From contig OY761614.1 in the NCBI GenBank assembly GCA_963664825.1, forward strand, positions 1,856,001 through 1,920,000: DNA of 64,000 nucleotides, written 5' to 3'. The translations under genes were made by a program, and so were the position numbers. The number at the start of each line of letters is the position of its first letter. Position 1 is the stretch's first letter. Below the pieces are notes generated by a model. That model was not told the origin of the DNA. It saw only the letters and a list, made by a program, of their open reading frames with translations, and ran no database searches. Below, in pieces: positions 24,963-35,104 of the stretch. The stretch is from an uncultured Holophaga sp. (GTDB lineage Bacteria; Acidobacteriota; Holophagae; Holophagales; Holophagaceae).

Positions 24963-25823
24963 GTGATAAGCCGCGCCTCCCTGACCTTAGCCTTGGTTTC
25001 CCTGGCCCTTCCGGCCGGCACGCCGAAGGCCTTCCGCGGCAAGACCTACCTCTACACCTACTACGACCGCCAGGGGAACGTGGTGATCAACAATCTGCCG
25101 CCGGGCTACATGCAGGGGCAGGGGCTCACTTTGAAGCATGTGGGCGTGGGCCATGTGCGCCTGGCCGTCACCCGCCAGGAGATGGCCAAGGTCCTGCGCA
25201 GCCCGGAGCTGCTGGCCCTGGTCGATGAGATCGCCCACGCCTCGGGTGTGGATCCCTTCCTGGCCCGGGCCATCATCCAGGCCGAGAGCGCCTTCAACTA
25301 CAAGGCTAGGAGCCGAACGGGCGCTCTTGGGCTCATGCAGCTGATGCCCGCCACCGCCGAGCGTTTCGGCGTGCTCGACCCCTTCGATCCCCGCCAGAAC
25401 ATCATGGGCGGCACCAAATACCTGCGCTGGCTCCTGGACTACTTCAAGGGTGATCTCACCAAGACCATCGCCGCCTACAACGCCGGAGAGGGCGCCGTGG
25501 ACCGCCATCACGGCATTCCCCCCTTCCAGGAGACCCGGGCCTACGTGCCCAAGGTGATGGATCTCTACTCCCGGAAGCTCGTCCAGGCCGACCCCAAGGC
25601 TGCGGGCTCCATGGCCCTGCTCAAGAAGGGCCGGGGGGGCTTCACCGTGGAGGAGACGCCCCTGCAAGCCAAACCAGCGGGCCAGGAAATCGCCCAGGAC
25701 TCTCATGGCAGCACCCTCTTCCAGTGGGTGGACGCCAACGGGCGCCTCCAGATCAGCGACCAGGCTCCGCCCAGGGGCACCAAGGGAGTCAAGGTCTACG
25801 GCGGCGGCAGCAGCGGAGGCTGA
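24963..25823 (+). CDS. Lytic transglycosylase (SLT) with DUF4124-like C-terminus
   Basis: IQAESAFN, GALGLMQLMP, AAYNAG, ETRAYV; FQWVDANG..ISD. Confidence 0.88.
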   Translation: MISRASLTLALVSLALPAGTPKAFRGKTYLYTYYDRQGNVVINNLPPGYMQGQGLTLKHVGVGHVRLAVTRQEMAKVLRSPELLALVDEIAHASGVDPFLARAIIQAESAFNYKARSRTGALGLMQLMPATAERFGVLDPFDPRQNIMGGTKYLRWLLDYFKGDLTKTIAAYNAGEGAVDRHHGIPPFQETRAYVPKVMDLYSRKLVQADPKAAGSMALLKKGRGGFTVEETPLQAKPAGQEIAQDSHGSTLFQWVDANGRLQISDQAPPRGTKGVKVYGGGSSGG

Positions 25824-25886
25824 GGGGGGAGGCTTGGGCTTCGGGCCTAAACATCGCATCATGCAAGGATGTCTTCCGGAGCGCGC

Positions 25887-27119
25887 ATGAATCCCCGAGG
25901 TCGCAGCGCCATGGCCCTGGCGGGGCTCTTCAGCGTATTTGCCCTGGCCCAGGGGCCTACGCCCGTCAAGCCCACGCAAGCCGAGGCCATGGATGCGGTG
26001 ATCGCGGCCAATCGCAAGGGCGCCAAGCCCAGGCCCGTGGCCCCCGGGATCCCCCTATCGGCGGAGGATCGCCGGAGGGCCAAGGTCTTCCAGGCGGCGA
26101 AAAAGTCCGTGGTCTTCGTCCGCTCGGCCACCAAGGAATTCGCGATCACGGATCTGCGGACGGGCCGCCAATTCGATGTGCCCCCGGGCACGGGGACGGG
26201 CTTCGTCTGGGACGAGCTGGGGCATGTGGTCACCAACTATCACGTGGTCACCGTGGAGGACCAGGATGGCGTGCCCAGCGCCGAGGCCGAGGACTTGACG
26301 GTGACCCTGGCCGATGGGGAGCATTACCGGGCGCGGGTGATCGGGCGGAGCCTGGCCTGTGATATCGCCGTGCTGCACGTGTTCGCGCCGCTGAACCAGC
26401 TGAAGGCCCTGGGGCTCGGTTCCTCCCGGCGGCTGGTGGTGGGCCAATCCGTATTGGCCATCGGCAACCCCTTCAGCCTGGATCACACCCTCACCTCCGG
26501 CATCGTCTCGGGGCTCGGCCGCGAGATGTTGACCACCTATGGGACCCCCATCAGGGACGTGATCCAGACCGATGCCGCCATCAATCCAGGGAATTCCGGG
26601 GGACCGCTCCTGGATATGTCCGGGCGCCTCATCGGGATGAATACGGCCATCACGAGCACCTCCGGATCCAGCGCCGGGGTGGGTTTCGCCATCCCCGTCG
26701 ATACGCTGAACCGCATCGTGCCCGAGCTCATCGAGAAGGGGCGGCACGGCCTACCCGAACTGGGTTTCGAAAATCTGCCGCCCCGAGCCGCGGCGATCCT
26801 GGGCATCACCCAGGGCGTGGCGGTGGCGCGGGTCATGCCCCATAGCTTCGCGGAGCAGTCCGGGCTGAAGGCCTGGGACCTCGAACAGACGAAGGATCCC
26901 GATCATCCCCTGAGGGTGATCGCAAGGGGGGACGTGATCCTGGGCTTCCAGGGCAAGGTCCTTCTCAATTACCTCCATCTCCTGGTGGAGATGGAGGCCC
27001 ATCCCGCGGGTCAGCCCTTCCTGTTCAATGTGCTGCGGGACGGGAAGATCATCCCGATCAGCATCGACCCCTGGCACGAGCGCAAGCAACAACCGCCTAA
27101 AGAGAAGGCCGTCATCTGA
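25887..27119 (+). CDS. HtrA/DegP-like trypsin serine protease with PDZ
   Basis: GTGFVWD, TNYHV, IGNPF, IQTDAAINPGNSGGPL. Confidence 0.92.
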   Translation: MNPRGRSAMALAGLFSVFALAQGPTPVKPTQAEAMDAVIAANRKGAKPRPVAPGIPLSAEDRRRAKVFQAAKKSVVFVRSATKEFAITDLRTGRQFDVPPGTGTGFVWDELGHVVTNYHVVTVEDQDGVPSAEAEDLTVTLADGEHYRARVIGRSLACDIAVLHVFAPLNQLKALGLGSSRRLVVGQSVLAIGNPFSLDHTLTSGIVSGLGREMLTTYGTPIRDVIQTDAAINPGNSGGPLLDMSGRLIGMNTAITSTSGSSAGVGFAIPVDTLNRIVPELIEKGRHGLPELGFENLPPRAAAILGITQGVAVARVMPHSFAEQSGLKAWDLEQTKDPDHPLRVIARGDVILGFQGKVLLNYLHLLVEMEAHPAGQPFLFNVLRDGKIIPISIDPWHERKQQPPKEKAVI

Positions 27120-27147
27120 CGGCCTTCTCTGCGGTTCAAGATTTGGG

Positions 27148-28056
27148 TTACTTCCTGCCCACGTTGATGAGGGGCGTGGCGCCGCCCATGGGAGTGATGA
27201 CCATGTTGCCCTTTTCGCCGATGGCGCGAAGAGCCTGGATGCGCTGGAACTCGATGATCTGGGGCGTGAGGCTGGCGCTGACGATCTGCTGGGCCTTGGC
27301 CTGGCCCTCGGCCTCGATGCGCTTGCGCTCGGCCTCCTGCTTCTCTTTCTGGAGCACGAAGGCCATCTTCTGGGCCTCCTGGTCGGCGGCGATCTTGTCG
27401 TTGATGGCCTTGGTGATCTGGTCGGGCAGGATGACGTTGCGCAGGAGCATTTGCTCCATGTTGATGCCCCGGGCCTCGAAGGAGGCCTTGAGGGTCTTCG
27501 ACACCTGGTCCACGAAGGACTGGCGCTTATTGGTGTAGAGTTCGGTGGCCAGGAGGTTGGCCGCCGCATCCCGGAGGCTCGCGCGGATCTCGCTGCGGAG
27601 AATCTTCTCTTCCACTTCCGGGCCGATCTCCCGGTAGATCTGGGCCACCTTGGCCTGCTGGAGGGAGTAGAAGATCGTGGCGTCCAGCCTCACCGTCAGG
27701 CCATCGCTGGTGATGACCTGAATGGAGTCATCGCCCTTCTTCTGGCCCTCGTCGCCCATATTGGACATGGTGTAGTTCCGGGTGCGCACTTCCATCTCCG
27801 CGACGGTGGCGAAGGGGTTGATGAAGTGCAGGCCCGAGGGCAGGGGCTCGAGGTTCACCTTGCCGAAGAGCACGATGATGCCGGCCTGTCCCACGGGAAC
27901 GATGACGGCCATCGACCCGATGAAGAGCATGGTCCCCAGGGCCAAGGCGCCCCATTGCAGGACTCCCAGCTGTTTCGAGAGGGGAAACTCGGCCTTGGTC
28001 TTGATTCGCCAGGCGGCGATTCCCACCAGGATGAGGAGCAGTGCGATCAATACCAT
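27148..28056 (-). CDS. Prohibitin/SPFH domain membrane protein
   Basis: IVPVGQAGI..FGKV, GLHFINP, QEAERKRIEAEG. Confidence 0.9.
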   Translation of the reverse strand: MVLIALLLILVGIAAWRIKTKAEFPLSKQLGVLQWGALALGTMLFIGSMAVIVPVGQAGIIVLFGKVNLEPLPSGLHFINPFATVAEMEVRTRNYTMSNMGDEGQKKGDDSIQVITSDGLTVRLDATIFYSLQQAKVAQIYREIGPEVEEKILRSEIRASLRDAAANLLATELYTNKRQSFVDQVSKTLKASFEARGINMEQMLLRNVILPDQITKAINDKIAADQEAQKMAFVLQKEKQEAERKRIEAEGQAKAQQIVSASLTPQIIEFQRIQALRAIGEKGNMVITPMGGATPLINVGRK

Positions 28057-28165
28057 GATGCCTCCGGTGGGGTTTCCCACCTTGTCAGAGTTGCCAAGGG
28101 CGGAGGACCCCACAAGGGAATTCGCAAGAGGATCGCCAAAAGGCGGCTCCTATCGGCTCAAGGGG

Positions 28166-29182
28166 CTATTTTCTGGGGGAGGCCGGGAGATAGGCCAGGG
28201 GCACCTTCAGGGACTCCTCCTGGCCTTCGAAGCGGAGGACGAGCAGGGCCCTGGCCTCGGTCTCTCCCGTGCGGAGGATCCCCAGTTTTTGTTCGGGCGC
28301 CGCGGTTTGGGAGCGAGGGGCCAGGGCGAAGCCCTCACCCTCGATGAGGGCGCTCTGGATGGAAAAGGGCCGTCCATCCCGGCTCTTCAGGGCCAAGGGG
28401 AGTTCCTTCACCTGGGCCTCCAGGAAGACCAGACGGCTGGGCGTGGCCTCCACGGGCCTGCGGAGTTTCCAGTCGGCGTAGAGAGTGAAGCGGGGCTGGT
28501 GGGGGGCATTGGATTCGATCACGAGGGTTTCCAGCCCCAGCGCGATGCCGGGGGCCACCTTCCCGGGGCGGAAGGTGAGCCGCAGTTCGGCCCTATGCGC
28601 TCCGGTTTCGATCTCCTGCTCCAGGTAATCCGGCAGGGGCGTCACCAGGTGCACCTGCAGGGGGAGATCGGATTCCCGGGTGAAGAGGAAACTGAGCTGG
28701 GGGCTCTCGTGGGAGGCGATCTCCCCGAAGCTCTTGCGCGCCTGATCCACGGTGAGATCGGGGCGGACGATCATCTCCACGGGCAGCTGGTATTTCCCTT
28801 GCCGGGGATCATCGGTGATGAGGCGCACGCTGCGGCGCTGGGTCCCCACGAAATCCGTGGGATCGATGGCCATGGTGAGGGAGGCCGATTCATGAGGTCC
28901 GATGGGCTTTTCCAGGGCCGGGCCCTGCACGGTCACGCCGGGGGAGAGATCCCCCACCCGGAGGGAGATGGGCGTGGCGCTGGTGTTCTGGAAGGTGTAG
29001 GCGAGGGTCTTCTTCTCCATGGGGCCGACCGATCCGATCGGCACGCGCCCCTTGGGCGTGATGGCCAGCCGGGGCGGGTCGATGGCCTGAACAGGGGCCT
29101 GGACAGGCTCGGCCTTGGAGGGCAGGGGCTGGGCCAGGAGGGCCAGGGGGAGGAAGAGGGTGGCTAGGATTCGTGCCTGCAT
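28166..29182 (-). CDS. Exported protein with Ig-like (DUF1573-like) domains
   Basis: Signal peptide; YTFQNTSATP beta-rich repeats. Confidence 0.6.
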   Translation of the reverse strand: MQARILATLFLPLALLAQPLPSKAEPVQAPVQAIDPPRLAITPKGRVPIGSVGPMEKKTLAYTFQNTSATPISLRVGDLSPGVTVQGPALEKPIGPHESASLTMAIDPTDFVGTQRRSVRLITDDPRQGKYQLPVEMIVRPDLTVDQARKSFGEIASHESPQLSFLFTRESDLPLQVHLVTPLPDYLEQEIETGAHRAELRLTFRPGKVAPGIALGLETLVIESNAPHQPRFTLYADWKLRRPVEATPSRLVFLEAQVKELPLALKSRDGRPFSIQSALIEGEGFALAPRSQTAAPEQKLGILRTGETEARALLVLRFEGQEESLKVPLAYLPASPRK

Positions 29183-29259
29183 GTTGAGCCTTCAGGAGAT
29201 GCCCCTAGTCTGCCTCAAGGGAGGATGGGGGGCGAAGGGTCTTCTTCCGTGGCTCCCCC

Positions 29260-29901
29260 TCAGAACTGAAGGCCGACCCCGAAGGTCCACATGCGCTCGA
29301 ATTCCTGGCCGCTGCCCTGGGCGCCGAGGTATTCGACGAGATCGGCCACCTTGCTCACCTTCACGGGATGGTCCTTGCCGAGGGGCTGCTGGTAGCTGGC
29401 GGCCAGGTAGGGGCTCAGCACAGGGATGGGCAGGCGCCACCGCGAGCCTACCCGCAGCCAGGTGCGGGAGAGGGTGTGGTCCTCGGAAGCGCCGGGAGTC
29501 TCGAATTGGTATTTCTGGAAGCGCTGGATGAGCCCAAGCTCTCCCGCGATGCCCGTGAAGGGGAGCCAGAACTGGGCGTTGACCCCTAGGCCTGCCCCGT
29601 ATTGCTTGAGTGTGGTGGCCTGGTTGACGGCGCCCTGGACCTGGCCATCGGCCTTCCAGTGGGCCACTTCCACGCCCCAGTCGAACTTGAGCACTGGCCC
29701 CATGCGGATGATGCGATGGCTCAGGGTGAAGATGGCCCCGTGTCCCGTGTCCAGGTTTCCCGCGAAGTAATCCGTGGTGCCCTGGATCATGGTCTGGGGC
29801 AGGTTCTGGCCCTTGGGGAAGGGCACTTCCACCCGCAGATCCCAGGCCTGGGCGGAGAGGGGGAGGACGGCAAGGGTGAGGAGGGTTGCGCGCAGGAACA
29901 T
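29260..29901 (-). CDS. Probable outer-membrane beta-barrel protein
   Basis: Signal peptide, alternating beta strands, terminal Phe (FGVGLQF). Confidence 0.65.
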   Translation of the reverse strand: MFLRATLLTLAVLPLSAQAWDLRVEVPFPKGQNLPQTMIQGTTDYFAGNLDTGHGAIFTLSHRIIRMGPVLKFDWGVEVAHWKADGQVQGAVNQATTLKQYGAGLGVNAQFWLPFTGIAGELGLIQRFQKYQFETPGASEDHTLSRTWLRVGSRWRLPIPVLSPYLAASYQQPLGKDHPVKVSKVADLVEYLGAQGSGQEFERMWTFGVGLQF

Positions 29902-30059
29902 GGGAAATGTCTCCGGGACTTCCTGGGAGTTTAGCCGCCAGGGTTACGGGATTCCTCCTATTCCATTCCGAGGCTGAAAACATATTTTTCAGATGTCATC
30001 TTTTTGACTTGAACCTTAGGCCCATGGATCTAGGCTAGTTCCAAGCAACAGGAAACCTC

Positions 30060-31481
30060 ATGCCCGCTTTGCCTCGTCTCCATTGGTCCACTCTGGGTGA
30101 GCCCACCCAGGGCCATGAGCATCGCTGGGCCAGCGCCTGGGAGCTGACGATCGACCGCAATGCCGCGGCCTCGCTGCCTCCGGAGGATACGGATCTCTGG
30201 GTCGTGAGCGCGGATGCCCCGGAGCCTTCCCCTGCCTTGCTCCGGGCCATCGCGGAGGTCTCGGCCCTCCCCGTGCTTCTGCTGCGCTCGGAAACCAAGC
30301 CCGTGCCCGCCCGGGTGCTGGCGGCCTGGAGCGCCCTGGGTTCCGTGCGTTGGGGCATCCTCTCCGGGGATCCTCCCCAGCCTGGCCTCCGGCCCCTGGC
30401 CGCTCATGTGGCGCCCCTCACCGCCGGACAGGCCCTCAGCCTGGGTCTCGTGGGCTTCGGCCCCGCCATGCAGGAGGTCCTGGCCAAGGCCCGGTCCGCC
30501 GCGGCCACCAAGGCCACGGTCCTCCTCCAGGGGGAGAGCGGCACCGGCAAGGAGGTCATCGCCCGGGCCATCCACCGCCTCAGCGCCGAGGCCGATGGCC
30601 CCTTCGTGCCCGTGCACTGCGGCGCCATCCCCGAGAACCTCATCGAATCCGAACTCTTCGGCTACACCAAGGGCGCCTTCACGGATGCCCGCAAGGACAC
30701 CCCCGGCAAGTTCCGGGAGGCCCATGGTGGCACGATCTTCCTGGACGAAGTGGCCACCATGCCCCTGGTGGCCCAGGTGCGCCTGCTGCGGGTGCTCCAG
30801 GAGCGGGAAGTCCAGCCCCTGGGCGGGGGTGGTCCCATCCGGGTGGATGTGCGCGTGGTGGCCGCCACCAATACCGATCTCTGGAAACGGGTGCAGGATG
30901 GGCTGTTCCGGGAGGATCTCTTCTACCGCCTGGAGGTCATCCCCATCACGCTGCCCCCCTTAAGGGCGCGGCGGGAGGAAGTGCCCTTCCTCGCCCAGCA
31001 TTTCCTCAACCGCAAGGCCCGGGAACACGGCCTCTACCCCAAGGCCCTCCATCCCAGTGTGGACCCGCTGCTCATGGCCATGCCTTGGCCGGGCAATGTG
31101 CGTCAGCTGGAAAATGCCATCGAGCGCGCCATTGTGCTCTCTCCTGGCCGTCCGGTGCTTGTCCGCGAGGACTTCACCTTCCTCACGGAGCGCGTGCCCG
31201 ATGGCGCCGAACTCATCGCCAACCTGCCCCCCGTCCGGGAGGCGCTGGGGGTGGAGGCCCCCTCGGCCTCGATGTCCATGGATCTGCCCCCCGAAGGCCT
31301 GGATCTGAACCAGGTGGTCTCCGACGTGGAGAAGAAACTCATGCTCCAGTCCCTCCAGATCACCCGGGGCAACAAGAAGCGGGCCGCCGAGCTGCTGGGC
31401 CTCAAGCGCACGACCTTCTTGGAAAAGATGAAGCGGCTGGAACTCGAAGACGCCGAACCTGTTCCCCAGGACGAGGATTAG
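30060..31481 (+). CDS. Sigma-54-dependent activator (AAA+, Fis HTH; atypical N-terminus)
   Basis: [40 protein letters not shown]. Confidence 0.92.
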   Translation: MPALPRLHWSTLGEPTQGHEHRWASAWELTIDRNAAASLPPEDTDLWVVSADAPEPSPALLRAIAEVSALPVLLLRSETKPVPARVLAAWSALGSVRWGILSGDPPQPGLRPLAAHVAPLTAGQALSLGLVGFGPAMQEVLAKARSAAATKATVLLQGESGTGKEVIARAIHRLSAEADGPFVPVHCGAIPENLIESELFGYTKGAFTDARKDTPGKFREAHGGTIFLDEVATMPLVAQVRLLRVLQEREVQPLGGGGPIRVDVRVVAATNTDLWKRVQDGLFREDLFYRLEVIPITLPPLRARREEVPFLAQHFLNRKAREHGLYPKALHPSVDPLLMAMPWPGNVRQLENAIERAIVLSPGRPVLVREDFTFLTERVPDGAELIANLPPVREALGVEAPSASMSMDLPPEGLDLNQVVSDVEKKLMLQSLQITRGNKKRAAELLGLKRTTFLEKMKRLELEDAEPVPQDED

Positions 31482-31617
31482 CCACCGCGAAGGTGCTGAG
31501 GTCTGAGCCCAGAGGGCGAAGAGGATGAAGCGGCTGGAGCTCGAAGACGCCGAACTCGTTCCCCAGGACGAGGATTAGCCGCCGGGCAGGTGCCGAGGGC
31601 TTGGGGCCAGAGGTCGA
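31427..31617 (+). repeat. Degenerate 97-bp tandem duplication of the activator gene 3' end
   Basis: GATGAAGCGGCTGGA.CTCGAAGACGCCGAAC..GTTCCCCAGGACGAGGATTAGCC at 31427 and 31524. Confidence 0.85.
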
Positions 31618-31651
31618 GCCCTGGCGCGCAGGCGTCTGCTAATCTGGAGCC

Positions 31652-32521
31652 ATGGCCAATTCCGATCTCCATTTGCGCTGGCTCCTGGAGGCGCCCTCAG
31701 GCGTCGAGGAGGCCCTCACCGACTGGCTGATGGCGAAGGGCGCCACGGCCACCTACCGGGAGGCCGATCCGCCCTTCACCCTCTTCGCCTATTTCCCGCC
31801 AGGGCTGGAGGCTCCCGACGCTGGGGGATTGGCTGCCTTTGACGGGGTCCGGCTCCTGAGGGCCGAGGCCTTCGCCGACGAGGACTGGCTGGTCAAGAGC
31901 CGGGAGGGTTTCGGCCGCATCGAGGTGGGGCGAGGCTTCCTGGTGAAGCCCCTCTGGGACAAGGACCCCCATTCGGATGGACGCATGCCCATCATCGTCA
32001 ATCCAGGCCTGGCCTTCGGCACGGGGGGCCACGAGACGACCCGGCTTTGCATGGCCATGCTCGAGGACCTGGCCCGGGAGGGCCGCCTGGGCGGCCCCAT
32101 CCTGGATATCGGTTCGGGCACGGGCATCCTGGCCCTGACGGCCCATCTGCTGGGGGGCCAGGCCATCACGGCCTTCGATGTGGATCCCGACTGCGGACCG
32201 GCCATGACCGAATTCATCGCGATGAATGCGGGCGTCCTCAAGAGTGCCAAACCCTTCGAATCCTTCGTGGGAAGGCTGGAGGAGGAACGCTTCCGGGGCC
32301 CCTACCAGGGAATGCTGGCCAATATCCTGCTGGAGACCATCCAGGAGCTCCTGCCCCGCATGGCGGAGATCGCGTCTCCCGGCAGCTGGCTGGTGGCCTC
32401 GGGCATTCTCGCCGATCGCCAGGACGAGGCCCTCGTGAGCCTTGCCACGGAGGGTTTCCGGCCCCTGCGCGTGGTGCAGGAGGGGGCCTGGGTGGCCATT
32501 CTCTGCGAGCGCCTCCCATGA
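31652..32521 (+). CDS. prmA: Ribosomal protein L11 methyltransferase
   Basis: NPGLAFGTGGHETT, LDIGSGTGIL, ANIL, SGIL. Confidence 0.92.
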   Translation: MANSDLHLRWLLEAPSGVEEALTDWLMAKGATATYREADPPFTLFAYFPPGLEAPDAGGLAAFDGVRLLRAEAFADEDWLVKSREGFGRIEVGRGFLVKPLWDKDPHSDGRMPIIVNPGLAFGTGGHETTRLCMAMLEDLAREGRLGGPILDIGSGTGILALTAHLLGGQAITAFDVDPDCGPAMTEFIAMNAGVLKSAKPFESFVGRLEEERFRGPYQGMLANILLETIQELLPRMAEIASPGSWLVASGILADRQDEALVSLATEGFRPLRVVQEGAWVAILCERLP

Positions 32522-33306
32522 ACCCGGATCGGCCCATCGGCGTCTTCGATAGCGGCATCGGCGGCCTCACCGTGGTGCGCGCCCTGCGGCGCCTTCTGCC
32601 GGGTGAATCCATCGTCTACCTGGGGGACACGGCCCGCCTCCCCTACGGCAGCAAGAGCCATCGGACCATCGAGCGCTACACCCTGCAGATGGGGGAGATC
32701 CTCCAGCGCTTCGATCCCAAGCTCCTGGTGGTGGCCTGCAATACGGCCTCCGCCCACGGGCTCCCGGCCCTCCAGGCCGCCAGTCCCTGTCCCGTGTTGG
32801 GCGTGATCGAGCCCGGGGCCGAGGTGGCGGCGCTGGCCAAGGGGCCCGTCGGCGTCATCGGCACTCTGGCCACCATCTCCAGCGCCTCCTACGACAAGGC
32901 CATCCACCGGAGGGATCCGGAAAAGGTGATCCACAGCATGGCCTGCCCGCTCTTCGTGCCCCTGGCCGAGGAGGGCTGGTTCGACGATCCCATCACTGAC
33001 GCCATTAGTCGCCGCTACCTCAACCAGCTGCCCTTCGAGGCCAAGACGGTCGTATTGGGCTGCACCCACTATCCCACGCTGCTGCCCAGCCTGGAGCGCA
33101 CCCGGCCCGGCACCCGCTGGATCGATAGCGGCGAGGTGACGGCCCAGAGCGTGGACCGCCTCCTCCAGGGCAGCCTCGGATACCGCACAGAGAGCGCCCG
33201 GGGTCCCTTGCGCGTCCTCCTGACCGATGCCAGCAGCCGCCTCCGGGAAGTGGGGGAGCGCTTCCTGGGCGAGGCCGTAGGGAACGTGGAGCTGGTGGAG
33301 CTGTAG
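32518..33306 (+). CDS. murI: Glutamate racemase
   Basis: IGVFDSGIGGLTV, PYGSKS, VACNTAS, LGCTHYP. Confidence 0.96.
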   Translation: MNPDRPIGVFDSGIGGLTVVRALRRLLPGESIVYLGDTARLPYGSKSHRTIERYTLQMGEILQRFDPKLLVVACNTASAHGLPALQAASPCPVLGVIEPGAEVAALAKGPVGVIGTLATISSASYDKAIHRRDPEKVIHSMACPLFVPLAEEGWFDDPITDAISRRYLNQLPFEAKTVVLGCTHYPTLLPSLERTRPGTRWIDSGEVTAQSVDRLLQGSLGYRTESARGPLRVLLTDASSRLREVGERFLGEAVGNVELVEL

Positions 33307-33323
33307 GGGATCAGGGTCCTTGG

Positions 33324-35015
33324 TCAGGCCACGACCTCTCCCGGCAGCGTGAAGATCATGGTCGTGCCCTGGCCTTCCTCGCTCTCGATGCGGATATCCC
33401 CGCCATGGTTGCGCAGGATCTCCCGCACGATGGTGAGGCCGAGGCCCGTGCCCTTGCCTTCGGGCTTCGTGGTGAACATGGGTTTGAAGACCTTGGATAT
33501 GAGTTCCGGAGGGATGCCCAGGCCCTGGTCCCGCAGCTTGAACTGCCAGAAGGGCGCGGAGGGCAGGGAGGTGGGATCGGCCTCCACCTGGAGCCGGATC
33601 TCGCCTCCCTCGGGCATGGCGTCCACGGCGTTGTTCACGAGGTTGATGAAGATCTGCTCCATCTGCTTGCGGTCCACCCGGAGCACACAGGATTCGGGCG
33701 CCGTGCAGGCAAAGGTGATGTGGTGCGTGGCCAGGGTGGGCGTCCAGAGCCGCTGCAGGTCGGCCACCAGGGTGGCGAATACCAGGGGCTCCTGCCGGAG
33801 CTTGGGACGGCGCGTGTGGCCCAGGAGCTTCCGCACGATCTCTCCCACCCGTTCGATCTGAGCCTGGATGACCCCGAGGCGATCCCGGGTGCGATCGCTC
33901 AGATCCGCCTGGCCGTGGAGTAGCTGCAGATGGCTGTTGACCAGATTGAGGGGCGTGCCCACCTCGTGGGCGAAGGCCGCCGTCAATTGTCCGGCCACGG
34001 CCAGCCGCTCCTGGACGCCCAGTTCTTCCCGGAGGAGGGAATTGCGCTCCATGAGCTGCTCCAACTCCTGGTTCTTGATCTGCAGCTCCCGCAGGGCGGC
34101 GTCGATGCGGTCCTGGAGATTGGTGTTGAGGCCGCGGATCTCCTCCACCAGGGCCTCCCGTTCCGTCGAGGCGCGTTCCAGCTGGGAAGCCATCTGATTG
34201 AAGCGCAGGGCGATCTGTCCCAGTTCGTCCTTGCGGGCAATGTTGGCCCGAGCGGACGCGTCGCCTCGCTCCAGTTTCCGCATGGCCTCCATGATGCCCT
34301 TCAGTGGATCGCTCAGGATCACGCCCAGGAGCACCCAGAGCAGGATGAATTCGCCCAAAAGCACTGGGGGAAGCAGATACAGCGTGCGTTGGAGGTTCTT
34401 CTCCCAGACCACTTCCCAGCGTTCCAGATCGCAGTAGGTGCGGATCAGGCCGATGGGGGGGTGCCCGGGCTTGGGGTTGTGGATGGGATAGAAGACTCTC
34501 CAGCCCCGGTTCACCTTTCCCTCGGGATCGACCAGGGGCACGATCTCGGCCGTGGGTGTCCCCACGGTCATGTAGGTCGAAAGGCCTGGCTTCCAGTCGA
34601 TGGTGCTGTCGTCGCCGGAGGAGGTGACGAAGTTGATCTGGTCCCTCCCTTCGGCCTTGAAGACATCAATCTGGAAGATCGCTCGTCCGTCTCCTGCCAG
34701 GCTCTCCAGCACCTCTTCGATCTTGCGGGGATCGCTGAAGGTGGGATCCCGGGCCGTGATATCGGCTTCCACGGCCTGGGAGGTCTCGATGGCCAGCTTT
34801 CGTGAATAGGATTCCAGCTCTCTCCGCAGATTCCGGTTGATCTGAAGGGCCACGGCCACCGTGATGCCGCTCGTGAGGATGGCCGTGACGATGAAGAGTT
34901 TGGCATGCAGGCTCTTGAACCAGCCCAGGGGGAGGATCCTGCGAAGGCGGAATCTCACGAGGCGCGATGCCGGGAAGGGGAGAAGGCGGCGGAAGACATG
35001 CCCCCATTCTGACAA
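33324..35015 (-). CDS. HAMP-domain sensor histidine kinase
   Basis: Two TMs, [43 protein letters not shown]; start uncertain. Confidence 0.9.
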   Translation of the reverse strand: MSEWGHVFRRLLPFPASRLVRFRLRRILPLGWFKSLHAKLFIVTAILTSGITVAVALQINRNLRRELESYSRKLAIETSQAVEADITARDPTFSDPRKIEEVLESLAGDGRAIFQIDVFKAEGRDQINFVTSSGDDSTIDWKPGLSTYMTVGTPTAEIVPLVDPEGKVNRGWRVFYPIHNPKPGHPPIGLIRTYCDLERWEVVWEKNLQRTLYLLPPVLLGEFILLWVLLGVILSDPLKGIMEAMRKLERGDASARANIARKDELGQIALRFNQMASQLERASTEREALVEEIRGLNTNLQDRIDAALRELQIKNQELEQLMERNSLLREELGVQERLAVAGQLTAAFAHEVGTPLNLVNSHLQLLHGQADLSDRTRDRLGVIQAQIERVGEIVRKLLGHTRRPKLRQEPLVFATLVADLQRLWTPTLATHHITFACTAPESCVLRVDRKQMEQIFINLVNNAVDAMPEGGEIRLQVEADPTSLPSAPFWQFKLRDQGLGIPPELISKVFKPMFTTKPEGKGTGLGLTIVREILRNHGGDIRIESEEGQGTTMIFTLPGEVVA

Positions 35016-35104
35016 CAGACCCTTCGCCGCATCGAAAGAAGAAGGGGCTATCGAAGTCCTCGAGATGGCGAACTTTTAGCGTAATATGGCGAGGGAGCTT
35101 TGAC

